Assembly (NCBI GenBank): GCA_963714085.1
Contig: OY970229.1
Span: 1,088,001 to 1,152,000, forward strand
From: an uncultured Candidatus Micrarchaeota archaeon
GTDB lineage: Archaea > Micrarchaeota > Micrarchaeia > Anstonellales > Bilamarchaeaceae
Direction of reading: 5' to 3'
Length of the DNA stretch: 64,000 nt
The position numbers and the translations under genes are program-made. The notes beneath the pieces are model-generated. The model was not told the DNA's origin, did no database searches, and was given only the letters and a program-made list of their open reading frames with translations. Positions within the stretch are counted from its first letter, which is position 1. Each line of letters begins with the position of its first letter. This document shows, one piece after another, positions 55,926 to 64,000 of the stretch.

Positions 55926-56651
55926 CTATACCACCGCTATTCCAGAAGGTCCCAGCCTGACCGGTATCGGCATGCCCACCGAAGGCACGTCCAGCTCGAA
56001 TTTTCCGCCGGATTCGCGCAATGTGACCAGCTCGTCCATGCCGTGCTCCAGCAGGCTGAGGAGCTGCTTGTCGTGCACGCCCTCCTCCACCAGCAGGAGC
56101 GTGGTCGCGTCAGAGCTTTTGAGCCTCCCCTCGATTATCTGCAGGAACTTGGTCATCGACTCCTTTGGGTTGTAGAGCACGAGCGTTGACAGGGAATGGA
56201 AAAGCACCCTCAGCCTCTTGCCCGCGGACTTCCTGAGCATGTCGTTGAGCGCTATGGAGATGTCGTTCAGCGCGCCGGGCCCCGAGATATAGACGCATCT
56301 GTCGGTCGAGACGAGCTCCTTCTTCTGGCCGAGCGTCTGGGAATAGCAGTCTATGAAATAGACGTTGTCCTTGCCGAGGTCCAGCCCCATGCCGCCCGCC
56401 TTCTCTTGCATGGCGTCCGGCGTGGCGTCCGCGTTCACTATGAGGACGTTCTCCTTCTTCGGGTCCGCCGCGGCGCAGAACTGGTACGCGAAGGCCTCCT
56501 TCTCGCCGCCCGTGGGCCCTAGCAGCAGCACGTTGCCCGGGTTCGGGTAGCCGCCCTCCATGATGAGGTCGAGGTCCGCGATGCCGGTGGAGAGCCTGTT
56601 CCTCTTCAGTATGGGCGTCTTTTCGTCTACTCCTAGCGGCGGAAGTTCCAT
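55926..56651 (-). CDS. KaiC/RAD55-like RecA-superfamily ATPase (degenerate motifs)
   Basis: STGIADLD..MEGGYP...VLLLGPTGGEKE, FIDCYS, RVLFHSLSTL. Confidence 0.85.
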   Translation of the reverse strand: MELPPLGVDEKTPILKRNRLSTGIADLDLIMEGGYPNPGNVLLLGPTGGEKEAFAYQFCAAADPKKENVLIVNADATPDAMQEKAGGMGLDLGKDNVYFIDCYSQTLGQKKELVSTDRCVYISGPGALNDISIALNDMLRKSAGKRLRVLFHSLSTLVLYNPKESMTKFLQIIEGRLKSSDATTLLLVEEGVHDKQLLSLLEHGMDELVTLRESGGKFELDVPSVGMPIPVRLGPSGIAVV

Positions 56652-56781
56652 GGGCTTAAATAGGGGAGCAACAGTTTAAAATGTTCTGCCAGACGGGAGG
56701 GCTTATCATCCGGAGTGGTGTAAGGAAAAGCTGGAAAGGAGAAGATAAAAAGAAGGTTTTCGCAGCCGCTCCGTGATGCTT

Positions 56782-57213
56782 CTAGCTCGTAGCCACCGCT
56801 CCGGCCCCGCCGCAGGCGACGGTTCCGACATTGGGCATCATCATGTTGAGCAGGGTCGGTACGATCAGGTATATCACGATGCCGATCACCGCGCCGGTTA
56901 TCATGGCAGTGGCCCAGACCGACGCCCTCGCCCTGGTCTCGGCACCGAGTATCTGGCCTATGGCATAGACCGCGGCAGCCAGCACGACCAGCAGCATGGC
57001 GCCCACGGACAGGAACGTCTGTGCCGTGGCGCACAGGCTGTTCATGGCTGATACGACGCTCATTGCGCTCGGAATCGCACCACCATTAGCGCCAGGAGGA
57101 GGGGTTGTTTCTGTGCCGGCTTGCGCTTGTACGACAGATATGAAACTCATTATCATTATGACTATCGAAAGATACACCCATATCCTCTTGGATGCCGAAA
57201 CGACGTCGAACAT
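56782..57213 (-). CDS. VirB2/TrbC-like pilin, copy 1
   Basis: Signal peptide ending AQA, two hydrophobic helices joined by the GAETRARA loop; GAGGTG SD. Confidence 0.7.
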   Translation of the reverse strand: MFDVVSASKRIWVYLSIVIMIMSFISVVQAQAGTETTPPPGANGGAIPSAMSVVSAMNSLCATAQTFLSVGAMLLVVLAAAVYAIGQILGAETRARASVWATAMITGAVIGIVIYLIVPTLLNMMMPNVGTVACGGAGAVATS

Positions 57214-57381
57214 AGTCCACCTCGGATATCCTTCCTGCTCTAATCGCAATGTCAATCTTTAAATAAGTTCTTACAGTCGAGGCTGCGGAACTGTGTCGCA
57301 TAACTCGTCCTGATAGAGCAGCCCCATGAATATTCCATCTGACTAAAACATCTCTACCAGGGCGCATCAGCCAACCGGTGT

Positions 57382-59178
57382 TCAGGTGTTGTTCAGGATG
57401 AGCACGTCGGTGACGTTGCAGTCATCGGAAGAGGGATATGCGGCGATCAGGCGCAGCGAGGTCTGGTTCGGGTTGTAATCCGCAGGCGGCGGGCCGGCAT
57501 AGACGTGCATGGAGTTCTCCCTGAGTATGGACTCGATGTCCGCTGCGGACTGGTTCTCCAGGCCGATGTACAGCGCCTTCTTCCCGGAGAGGTAGACCAG
57601 CTCCGGGTTGATGTTGTCCGGTGCGTGGCTGCATATGCCAAGAAGGAAGAGGTCGTTTTTCGCGGCGGCCGTGGATATGGAAGCCGAGATATCGCGGGTC
57701 GTCTGCACGGTGCTTCCGGAGAAGAAGCGGGCGTTCGAAGGCATGACGAAGATGAAGAAAAGCAGGACCACGGAAAGGACGATTTCCTTGCTCTTTATCT
57801 TGCCGAGGGCGCACATCGAGAGGCCTGCGACGGGCACCGACCAGAACGTCAGGTAATAGGTGTTGTTCCACGTCAATGTGCTGAAAGCCAGGGCGTAGAG
57901 GCAGACGCCTGCGAAAAGAAGCAGGTGCAGGTCAGCCTCCCCGGAGGACTTCCACTGGACGAAAGAGTCCATCAGGCCTTTCAAGAAGAAAACAAGGAGG
58001 AACGCGGAGGACACGAGAAGCGCGACCCCATAAATCAGATAGAGGTAGTATCCGTAGTTGAGAAGATCCAATAGCCCCGAGTAGTTCCCTATGACGGAAT
58101 TGCCCCCGTTAATAGTACAGCTGACCAGCTCAAGCAGGTAGTAGAGGACCACGATGGCCGTGGCTGCGATGAAAGCGGCGAGGAATGGCACGCGGTCTTT
58201 CTTGGCGCAGACGAGCTCGTAGACCGCGAACGGTAGCACCAGCGTCACAAGGGGAGGCTTGGACAGGAACAGCAGCGTCTCGGATATGAAAAGCCACGGC
58301 AGCATGCCGTTGGATTTCCGGAATTCCGCATAGACGTTGAGGAAGACGAGGAGGAGCACCATCGAGAGGCCTTCCGGCATGTAGGCCCGCGAGATGAAGA
58401 CGTTGAGGGGAAGGAGCGCGAAGAGAACGCAGGAGAGCAATGCCGCGGTACTGCTTCCCAGGAGCTTTTTCTGGAGCACGTAGAAAAGAGCCAGTGATAT
58501 GAGGGACAGCAGGACCGGTACGATGCGTATGTCCCAGTTCGTGATGCCGAACGCATGGAAAAGGGGCTGGGAGAGGAGCGGGAGGAACTGGAACTCGAGC
58601 CCGTTTATGGTGAAGACCTTGTCCGAGGCCTTGGCGTAATCCGTAAGCGGGCTGATCAGATCCGTACGATTGAGGAAGTATTCCTTGGCTATCAATATCG
58701 TCTGGTACTGCCTCCACCCATGGTAGTCTAGGAAATCCCCGTCAAGCTGCACGAAACGAACCAGGACGGAGATCAGGACGAGCGCTATCACTGCCCAAAG
58801 GAAAACTTTCCGGGGGACCGTGAAGGATACCTTCGGGGCGCAAAAGAGTAGTTTCACCCCAACATAGACCTGGAGGAACATGAAAAGCGAGATGAAAGGC
58901 GCAGATGCGGCAAACCCGTAGAAAAAAGTCGACACCGGAAGGAAGGCGAGTATCAGCGGGGCGAGCAGTATCAGCGCGGCTTCAGCCAATGCGGGTCTTT
59001 CGACAGGCAACGGCATGAAGACGAGACGGCCGATGAGATAGATGCCCGCGAGAGCCAGGAGGTAGGAGACGAAAAGCTCGCTGCGGTCGAGGCTTCCGTT
59101 CTGAAAGAAGAAGGAGACGGCGAGCGATATGAGGATGATTGTGCAGAAGATTATCAGCTCGTCTTTTGGAAAAGACAT
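57382..59178 (-). CDS. GT-C (ArnT/PMT-like) membrane glycosyltransferase
   Basis: Many TM helices; H.WRQ..T...A, EFQFLP, R...V..S, SRAYMPE, L.KP motifs. Confidence 0.85.
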   Translation of the reverse strand: MSFPKDELIIFCTIILISLAVSFFFQNGSLDRSELFVSYLLALAGIYLIGRLVFMPLPVERPALAEAALILLAPLILAFLPVSTFFYGFAASAPFISLFMFLQVYVGVKLLFCAPKVSFTVPRKVFLWAVIALVLISVLVRFVQLDGDFLDYHGWRQYQTILIAKEYFLNRTDLISPLTDYAKASDKVFTINGLEFQFLPLLSQPLFHAFGITNWDIRIVPVLLSLISLALFYVLQKKLLGSSTAALLSCVLFALLPLNVFISRAYMPEGLSMVLLLVFLNVYAEFRKSNGMLPWLFISETLLFLSKPPLVTLVLPFAVYELVCAKKDRVPFLAAFIAATAIVVLYYLLELVSCTINGGNSVIGNYSGLLDLLNYGYYLYLIYGVALLVSSAFLLVFFLKGLMDSFVQWKSSGEADLHLLLFAGVCLYALAFSTLTWNNTYYLTFWSVPVAGLSMCALGKIKSKEIVLSVVLLFFIFVMPSNARFFSGSTVQTTRDISASISTAAAKNDLFLLGICSHAPDNINPELVYLSGKKALYIGLENQSAADIESILRENSMHVYAGPPPADYNPNQTSLRLIAAYPSSDDCNVTDVLILNNT

Positions 59179-59335
59179 GAACAAACCATGATGATGAAAG
59201 CTTATAAAAGTTAGAACTACGCTGCCTGGTCAGAACATCCATTGATACGAAACATCAAGCGTTGTATTCTCTAACGAGATCCATCATCAGGACCGGTGTA
59301 AGGGAAAGATAAAAAGAAGCCGCCACGAAGCGTTT

Positions 59336-59710
59336 CTAGCTCGTAGCGGGGCCGGTGCCAGTTCCGCCGCAGACGACGCCTCCGACATTGGGCATCATCA
59401 TGTTGAGCAGGGCCGGCACGATCAGATATATCACTATCCCGATGAGCGCACCGGTTATCATGGCAGTGGCCCAGACCGACGCCCTCGCCCTGGTCTCGGC
59501 ACCGAGTATCTGGCCTATGGCGTAGACCGCGGCTGCCAGCACGACCAGCAGCATGGCGCCCACGGACAGGAACATCTGTGCCGTGGCGCACAGGCTGTTC
59601 ATGGCTGACGTGATATTGCTTGCTTGCGCCGAAGCCACGAAACTCAATACCAATATGCCTAGCGGCAGATACTTCGCAATTTTATTGTTTGCCGAAACGA
59701 CGTCAAACAT
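59336..59710 (-). CDS. VirB2/TrbC-like pilin, copy 2
   Basis: Near-identical core to copy 1; GAGGTGA SD. Confidence 0.7.
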   Translation of the reverse strand: MFDVVSANNKIAKYLPLGILVLSFVASAQASNITSAMNSLCATAQMFLSVGAMLLVVLAAAVYAIGQILGAETRARASVWATAMITGALIGIVIYLIVPALLNMMMPNVGGVVCGGTGTGPATS

Positions 59711-59827
59711 CAGGTCACCTCAAATGTCCTTCTGGTCTAATCGCAACATTAATCTTTAAATTGGTTCCTATTGCTGCCTGGCACCGAATTATCTCGAATT
59801 AAAATGAGAATAATAGAAAAAAAGGAT

Positions 59828-60202
59828 TCAGCATGTGATTGAGCTTGCGCCGCTTCCATTCATCATCGTGCCGATAAGGGCCGGCACAATCAGGTATATC
59901 ACGATGCCGATCACCGCACCGGTTATCATCGCAGTGGCCCAGACCGACGCCCTCGCCCTGGTCTCGGCACCGAGTATCTGGCCGATGGCGTAGACCGCGG
60001 CTGCCAGCACGATGAGCAGCATGGCGCCCACGGACAGGAACGTCTTTGCCGTGGTGCACAGGCTCTGCATGGCATTCGTGATGCCGCTCGCACTTGGAAT
60101 TACGGTACTTTGCGCCTGCGCAATGGATGCGAAACTCATTATCACTATGCATATCGTAAGATACTTCCCTAACTTCTTGAATGCCGAAACCGCATCAAAC
60201 AT
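59828..60202 (-). CDS. VirB2/TrbC-like pilin, copy 3
   Basis: Near-identical core to copies 1 and 2; GAGGTGA SD. Confidence 0.7.
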   Translation of the reverse strand: MFDAVSAFKKLGKYLTICIVIMSFASIAQAQSTVIPSASGITNAMQSLCTTAKTFLSVGAMLLIVLAAAVYAIGQILGAETRARASVWATAMITGAVIGIVIYLIVPALIGTMMNGSGASSITC

Positions 60203-60296
60203 CGGTTCACCTCAAAAGTCCTTTAGCTATGTTGTAGTTGTCCTAATCTGTGCATTAACATTTAAAAAGGTTCAGCCCAGTGAGTATGCGGATTCT

Positions 60297-61766
60297 ATGG
60301 GGATGGATATCAAAAAATTACTCTCAGATGAGCGGGCACTCCTGTTTTTGCTGGCGCTGCTCTATCTAGCCATCAGGATCCCCCTCCTTTCCTACCTTCC
60401 GTTCATACAGGACGAAGCGGTATACACTGTCCAGATATCCGAGCAGATGGCGCACTTTTCGTTCGTGCCCACCTACCTTGGATCCGGGACCGACTGGAAG
60501 CCGCCCTTGTTCTTCTGGGTGTACGCCGTACTTGTGAAGCCGCTTATGGGCTTGCCGCTTCCGCTCGAGGCGGTGTTCAAGCTGCCCACCCTCCTCTTCG
60601 GTCTGGCCAACATGCTGCTCCTGTACTACCTGATAAAAGCCATGACGTCGAACCGCGAGCTCGCTTTCATGACCGCCCTCATACACACAGGCATATTCCT
60701 GGTGGTGAACGTCAACACGACCGTGCTGATGGACACATTCATGATGACGCTGGTGCTGGCAGGCATTCTTTGCTATGTCAAGGAGTCCTGGGGCAGGCGA
60801 CGCTTCCTGGCCGGAGGGGCGTTTACATTCCTCACCTTCATGACGAAGTTCTGGCTGGCGCTCATCATCCCCCTGATGGCAGTCGCCTATTTTGCGAGCC
60901 GGGATAGGAAAGTCCTCAGGGACAGGGCATTCCTTCTATCCCTCCTCTCGATCGTGATTGCGTACCTGGTGTTTTCGGCGTTCTTCACATTTCCCGGCAC
61001 CGTCCAGGACGTAAGCTTCATATACACGATACAACACCGGCTGCTGGCCGTGTTTTCATTACCGCAGATCGTGTCATCCTTCGGCATGTTCTTCGTGTTC
61101 AGCATAGTATGGGTCGGGATCTCGCTGTTGGGCGCATACAAGTTCTGGAGGGCCGAGCCGCTGATGACGCTGTGGCTGGCGCTGGGTGTTTTCCCGATTT
61201 TCGGAGGGGTGTACTTGCTGTGGTACTACCTGCCGGTCATGGTCCCCGTCGCTTTCTTCTCTGCGCGCCTCCTTCTCGATAATCAGGGCAAGCAGAGGCT
61301 GGACGGGTTCTGCATATTCTTCACCATGCTGATCATGATCGCCGGGCTCGCTATCGGCTTCGCCTACTACAACGAGCTGTTGGGGGATTACGGCGGCCAG
61401 AGAACGGCCGGTGAACTCATCGCCCTCAAAGACAATACGGTGATTGTCGGCAACTACTGCCCCGCGGTCGTGGCTTATAAAATCCTAGAAGAAACCCGGA
61501 CCGGCAGCGAAAAGGATTTCGGATGGATACTCGCGGCCAATGCCACGGATTCCATAGTCCGAAGCTTCATATCTGATTACAACACATCTACGTATCCGCT
61601 CTCGTCGGATTTCGGCACGATGTTCGATACTACCAATACCATGTATCGGAAACCATCGAATGTTACACGCCCGGATTATGTTGTAGTGTGCGGCTTCCCC
61701 AACGTCACGGTCTCCGGCACCATGCTGTCGAACGAGTCGTATGTCCGTGTCTTCAAAACCGGCTAA
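60297..61766 (+). CDS. GT-C (ArnT/PMT-like) membrane glycosyltransferase
   Basis: QDEAVY, DWKPPLFFW, multiple TM helices, F.TK motif. Confidence 0.87.
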   Translation: MGMDIKKLLSDERALLFLLALLYLAIRIPLLSYLPFIQDEAVYTVQISEQMAHFSFVPTYLGSGTDWKPPLFFWVYAVLVKPLMGLPLPLEAVFKLPTLLFGLANMLLLYYLIKAMTSNRELAFMTALIHTGIFLVVNVNTTVLMDTFMMTLVLAGILCYVKESWGRRRFLAGGAFTFLTFMTKFWLALIIPLMAVAYFASRDRKVLRDRAFLLSLLSIVIAYLVFSAFFTFPGTVQDVSFIYTIQHRLLAVFSLPQIVSSFGMFFVFSIVWVGISLLGAYKFWRAEPLMTLWLALGVFPIFGGVYLLWYYLPVMVPVAFFSARLLLDNQGKQRLDGFCIFFTMLIMIAGLAIGFAYYNELLGDYGGQRTAGELIALKDNTVIVGNYCPAVVAYKILEETRTGSEKDFGWILAANATDSIVRSFISDYNTSTYPLSSDFGTMFDTTNTMYRKPSNVTRPDYVVVCGFPNVTVSGTMLSNESYVRVFKTG

Positions 61767-61803
61767 TCGGTGACCAGAAGTCCAGCAATTCTTATAATCT
61801 AGG

Positions 61804-62541
61804 ATGCATAATCACGCCATGGAAGAGGGATTCGAATCAAAGCACCATTTGCTCGAGGAGACACACTGGTGGTTCGTGGCTCGCAGGGACATGATAATGC
61901 GGCTTCTCCGCGATGAGAGCAAAGAATCCAGGATACTGGACATCGGGTGTTCTGCCGGTGCGATGCTAAGGCAGCTCGAGCGCGCAGGCTTCGTGAACGC
62001 CTGGGGGATTGATACGAGCGAAAAGGCCGTGGAATCCTGCAGGGCGAAAGGCCAGAAAAACGTCTCCCTGATGGATGGCGCGAGCATGGCCTTTGGCGAC
62101 TCTGAATTCGACCTGCTCATCGCCTCGGACGTCCTCGAGCACATCGCCGATGACCGTATGGCGCTGTCAGAATGGAGGAGGGTGCTGAAGACCGGAGGCA
62201 GGCTGCTGGTGTTCGTGCCGGCGTTTCCCTTCCTCTGGAGCGGCCACGACGAGGCCAACAGGCACTACCGGAGATACGGGCGCAGGGAACTCGTCTCCAA
62301 ACTGCAGGATGCGGGCTTCTCGATCGAGCGCTCGACGTACTGGAATGCGGCCACGTTCCTACCCGTGCTTGCGGCCAGGCTCTCGCGGAGATTCCTGCGC
62401 CTGAAAGATGATGACCTGCACGGACAGCCGCTCCTCAACGGCCCGCTCACCGGGCTGCTGTGCTTTGAAAACGCGATAGCCGAACGTGTCCATATCCCGG
62501 TCGGAGTCAGCATCATGTCCTTGGCGGTGAAAAAAGGGTAA
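61804..62541 (+). CDS. class I SAM-dependent methyltransferase (glycan-cluster type)
   Basis: HWWFVARR, ILDIGCSAG, DVLEHI.DD, VPA...LWS.HD....HYRRY. Confidence 0.9.
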   Translation: MHNHAMEEGFESKHHLLEETHWWFVARRDMIMRLLRDESKESRILDIGCSAGAMLRQLERAGFVNAWGIDTSEKAVESCRAKGQKNVSLMDGASMAFGDSEFDLLIASDVLEHIADDRMALSEWRRVLKTGGRLLVFVPAFPFLWSGHDEANRHYRRYGRRELVSKLQDAGFSIERSTYWNAATFLPVLAARLSRRFLRLKDDDLHGQPLLNGPLTGLLCFENAIAERVHIPVGVSIMSLAVKKG

Positions 62542-62573
62542 TGGTTTTATTTGTTTCACCGCAATCTTTCCCC

Positions 62574-63263
62574 ATGATCTCCGTAGTCGTTCCCGTCTAT
62601 CACGAATCAGCCATCCTGCGGGCCAATGTCATGCGGCTGAAAAAAGCCATGGACGCCCTCAAGCAGAACTACGAGATACTGGTGATGGTGGACGGGAGCA
62701 CGGACGGCAGCCGGGAGATCGCGGAGAAGCTAGCCTCCAATCGCGTCAGGGTGCTGAACTCGGAGACCCGGCTGGGCAGGGGTGCCTCTCTTCGCAATGC
62801 CATGGCTGCGGCTAAGGGGGACCTGGTCATGTATACCGACGCCGATCTGGCCGTTGATCTCGCTTACTTGGGCCCGTTATTGCACGAGGTGGAGGAGGGC
62901 GCAGACATTTCCACGGGCTCGCGTCTCATGTCCGCTTCGGAAGTGCGCGGCAGAAGCCTGCTCCGGGAGTTCTTCAGCCGTAGCTACAACAGGATGCTCA
63001 GGCTGCTATTCAGGACATCGATAAAGGACCATCAATGCGGTTTCAAGGCATTCAGGAAATCCTCGGTCCTTCCAATTCTGGACGAGGTAAAAGCCAGGCA
63101 CTGGTTCTGGGACAGCGAACTGCTCATAAGGGCGCAGGACAATGGCCTGCGCGTCGCGGAGATACCAGTGAAATGGACGGACAGCTCGAAGAGCACGGTC
63201 GACCTGCGCCGTGACGTGGCCTGCATGGGCGCCGCGGCGTTGGAGCTGCGCTTCCGCATATGA
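62574..63263 (+). CDS. GT2 glycosyltransferase (dolichol-phosphate hexosyltransferase-like)
   Basis: ISVVVPVY.E, DGSTDGS, G.G, DAD, GSR, D.QCGFK, WD.ELL. Confidence 0.9.
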   Translation: MISVVVPVYHESAILRANVMRLKKAMDALKQNYEILVMVDGSTDGSREIAEKLASNRVRVLNSETRLGRGASLRNAMAAAKGDLVMYTDADLAVDLAYLGPLLHEVEEGADISTGSRLMSASEVRGRSLLREFFSRSYNRMLRLLFRTSIKDHQCGFKAFRKSSVLPILDEVKARHWFWDSELLIRAQDNGLRVAEIPVKWTDSSKSTVDLRRDVACMGAAALELRFRI

Positions 63264-63316
63264 CGGCATCCCTGCCGGCAAACAGTTTAATATACGTCAC
63301 GCCCAATCCTCACTTC

Positions 63317-64000
63317 ATGCGCATCCGACTCTACTTGAACAAGTCCGTGCACGACAACGCCGCCGCCTACTACGAGCTCGCGAAGGAGGCGAGGAAGAAG
63401 CGCGAGGGGCTCAAAGACGCGATCGAGGAGACGAAGAAGGAGATGGAGAAGGCGAAGAAGAAAGGAGCGCAGGCCAAGACGGCGGTGAAGATAAAGCGCG
63501 AGAAGGAATGGTTCGAGAAGTTCCACTGGTTCACGACATCGGAAGGGAAGCTCGCCATCGGCGGGCGCAACGCGCAGCAGAACGACCTGCTCTTCGCCAA
63601 GCACATGGATGATAAGGACTTGTTCTTCCACGCGGACATCCAGGGCGCCTCCGCGCTGATGCTCAAGGGCGGCGCAGACGCATCCGAGCAGGAGCTCATC
63701 GAATGCGCCCAGTTCGCGGCCTGCCTCTCGAACGCGTGGAAGAACGCGAACGCCTCGGTGGACGTCTACGCGGTGAAAAAGGAGCAGCTCTCCAAGCATT
63801 CCCACGGCGGTTTCATCCCCGCGGGTGCGTTCGCCATAGCTGGCGAGCGCAGATGGTTCAAGAGCACGAGGCTCGGGGTAAGGGTCGGCATCGACGCGGA
63901 GTCGAAGCGGTTGATCATCGTCCCGGAGATGTCGAAAAGGAAGCTCTCGCCGGAAAGCACGCTCGCCCCATCCAGGTCCGGGAAGGAAAAGGGCGCTTTG
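63317..64000 (+). CDS. NFACT-R/DUF814 protein (C-terminal half of archaeal Rqc2), runs off window end
   Basis: Hand-translated: MRIRLYLNKSVHDNAAAYYELAK...WFEKFHWF.TSEG.LAIGGRNAQQND...FFHADIQGA. Confidence 0.88.
   Translation, partial: MRIRLYLNKSVHDNAAAYYELAKEARKKREGLKDAIEETKKEMEKAKKKGAQAKTAVKIKREKEWFEKFHWFTTSEGKLAIGGRNAQQNDLLFAKHMDDKDLFFHADIQGASALMLKGGADASEQELIECAQFAACLSNAWKNANASVDVYAVKKEQLSKHSHGGFIPAGAFAIAGERRWFKSTRLGVRVGIDAESKRLIIVPEMSKRKLSPESTLAPSRSGKEKGAL

Noticed and set aside
56782..60202. Diversity-generating retroelement template/variable repeat pair among the pilin copies
   Set aside because: No reverse transcriptase in the window, differences are not adenine-specific, and all copies are intact genes.
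60012..60296. N-terminal extension of the GT-C ORF overlapping pilin copy 3
   Set aside because: It is antisense to a real gene; a TATA-like box at ~60261 supports a start at 60297 or just after.

Overview
Archaeal chromosomal segment of moderately high GC. Gene content and style point to a DPANN lineage, most likely Micrarchaeota-like; this taxonomy is inferred, not searched. Housekeeping genes: proS, tyrS, valS, RNase Z, RecJ-like nuclease, a GINS-L44e-S27e-aIF2alpha-Nop10-PAC2 operon, SSB, the exosome superoperon (SBDS, Rrp4/41/42, L37Ae, Rpo12, Brix, Pcc1, prefoldin beta, DHH), purA, pyrC, enolase, ScpA, SepF, a SAMP-TtuA thiolation pair, a large S-layer gene and four tRNAs. Highlights: (1) an AT-rich insert carrying a PD-(D/E)XK nuclease with four helical repeats has entered the 3' end of a DUF763 gene, supplied a recoded replacement C-terminus and left the original 32 codons stranded downstream, which resembles intron-less homing; (2) three VirB2/TrbC-like pilin paralogs with near-identical cores and variable ends, interleaved with glycosylation genes; (3) tRNA-Ser(UGA) with a 38-nt non-canonical T-loop intron in a complete bulge-helix-bulge motif; (4) a structured, possibly pseudoknotted S-layer mRNA leader; (5) an Rpo12 that has lost all zinc-ligand cysteines; (6) a surface protein with 16 tandem hexapeptides, nearly all carrying an N-glycosylation sequon. 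All product calls come from motif recognition and gene context; no database search was run.
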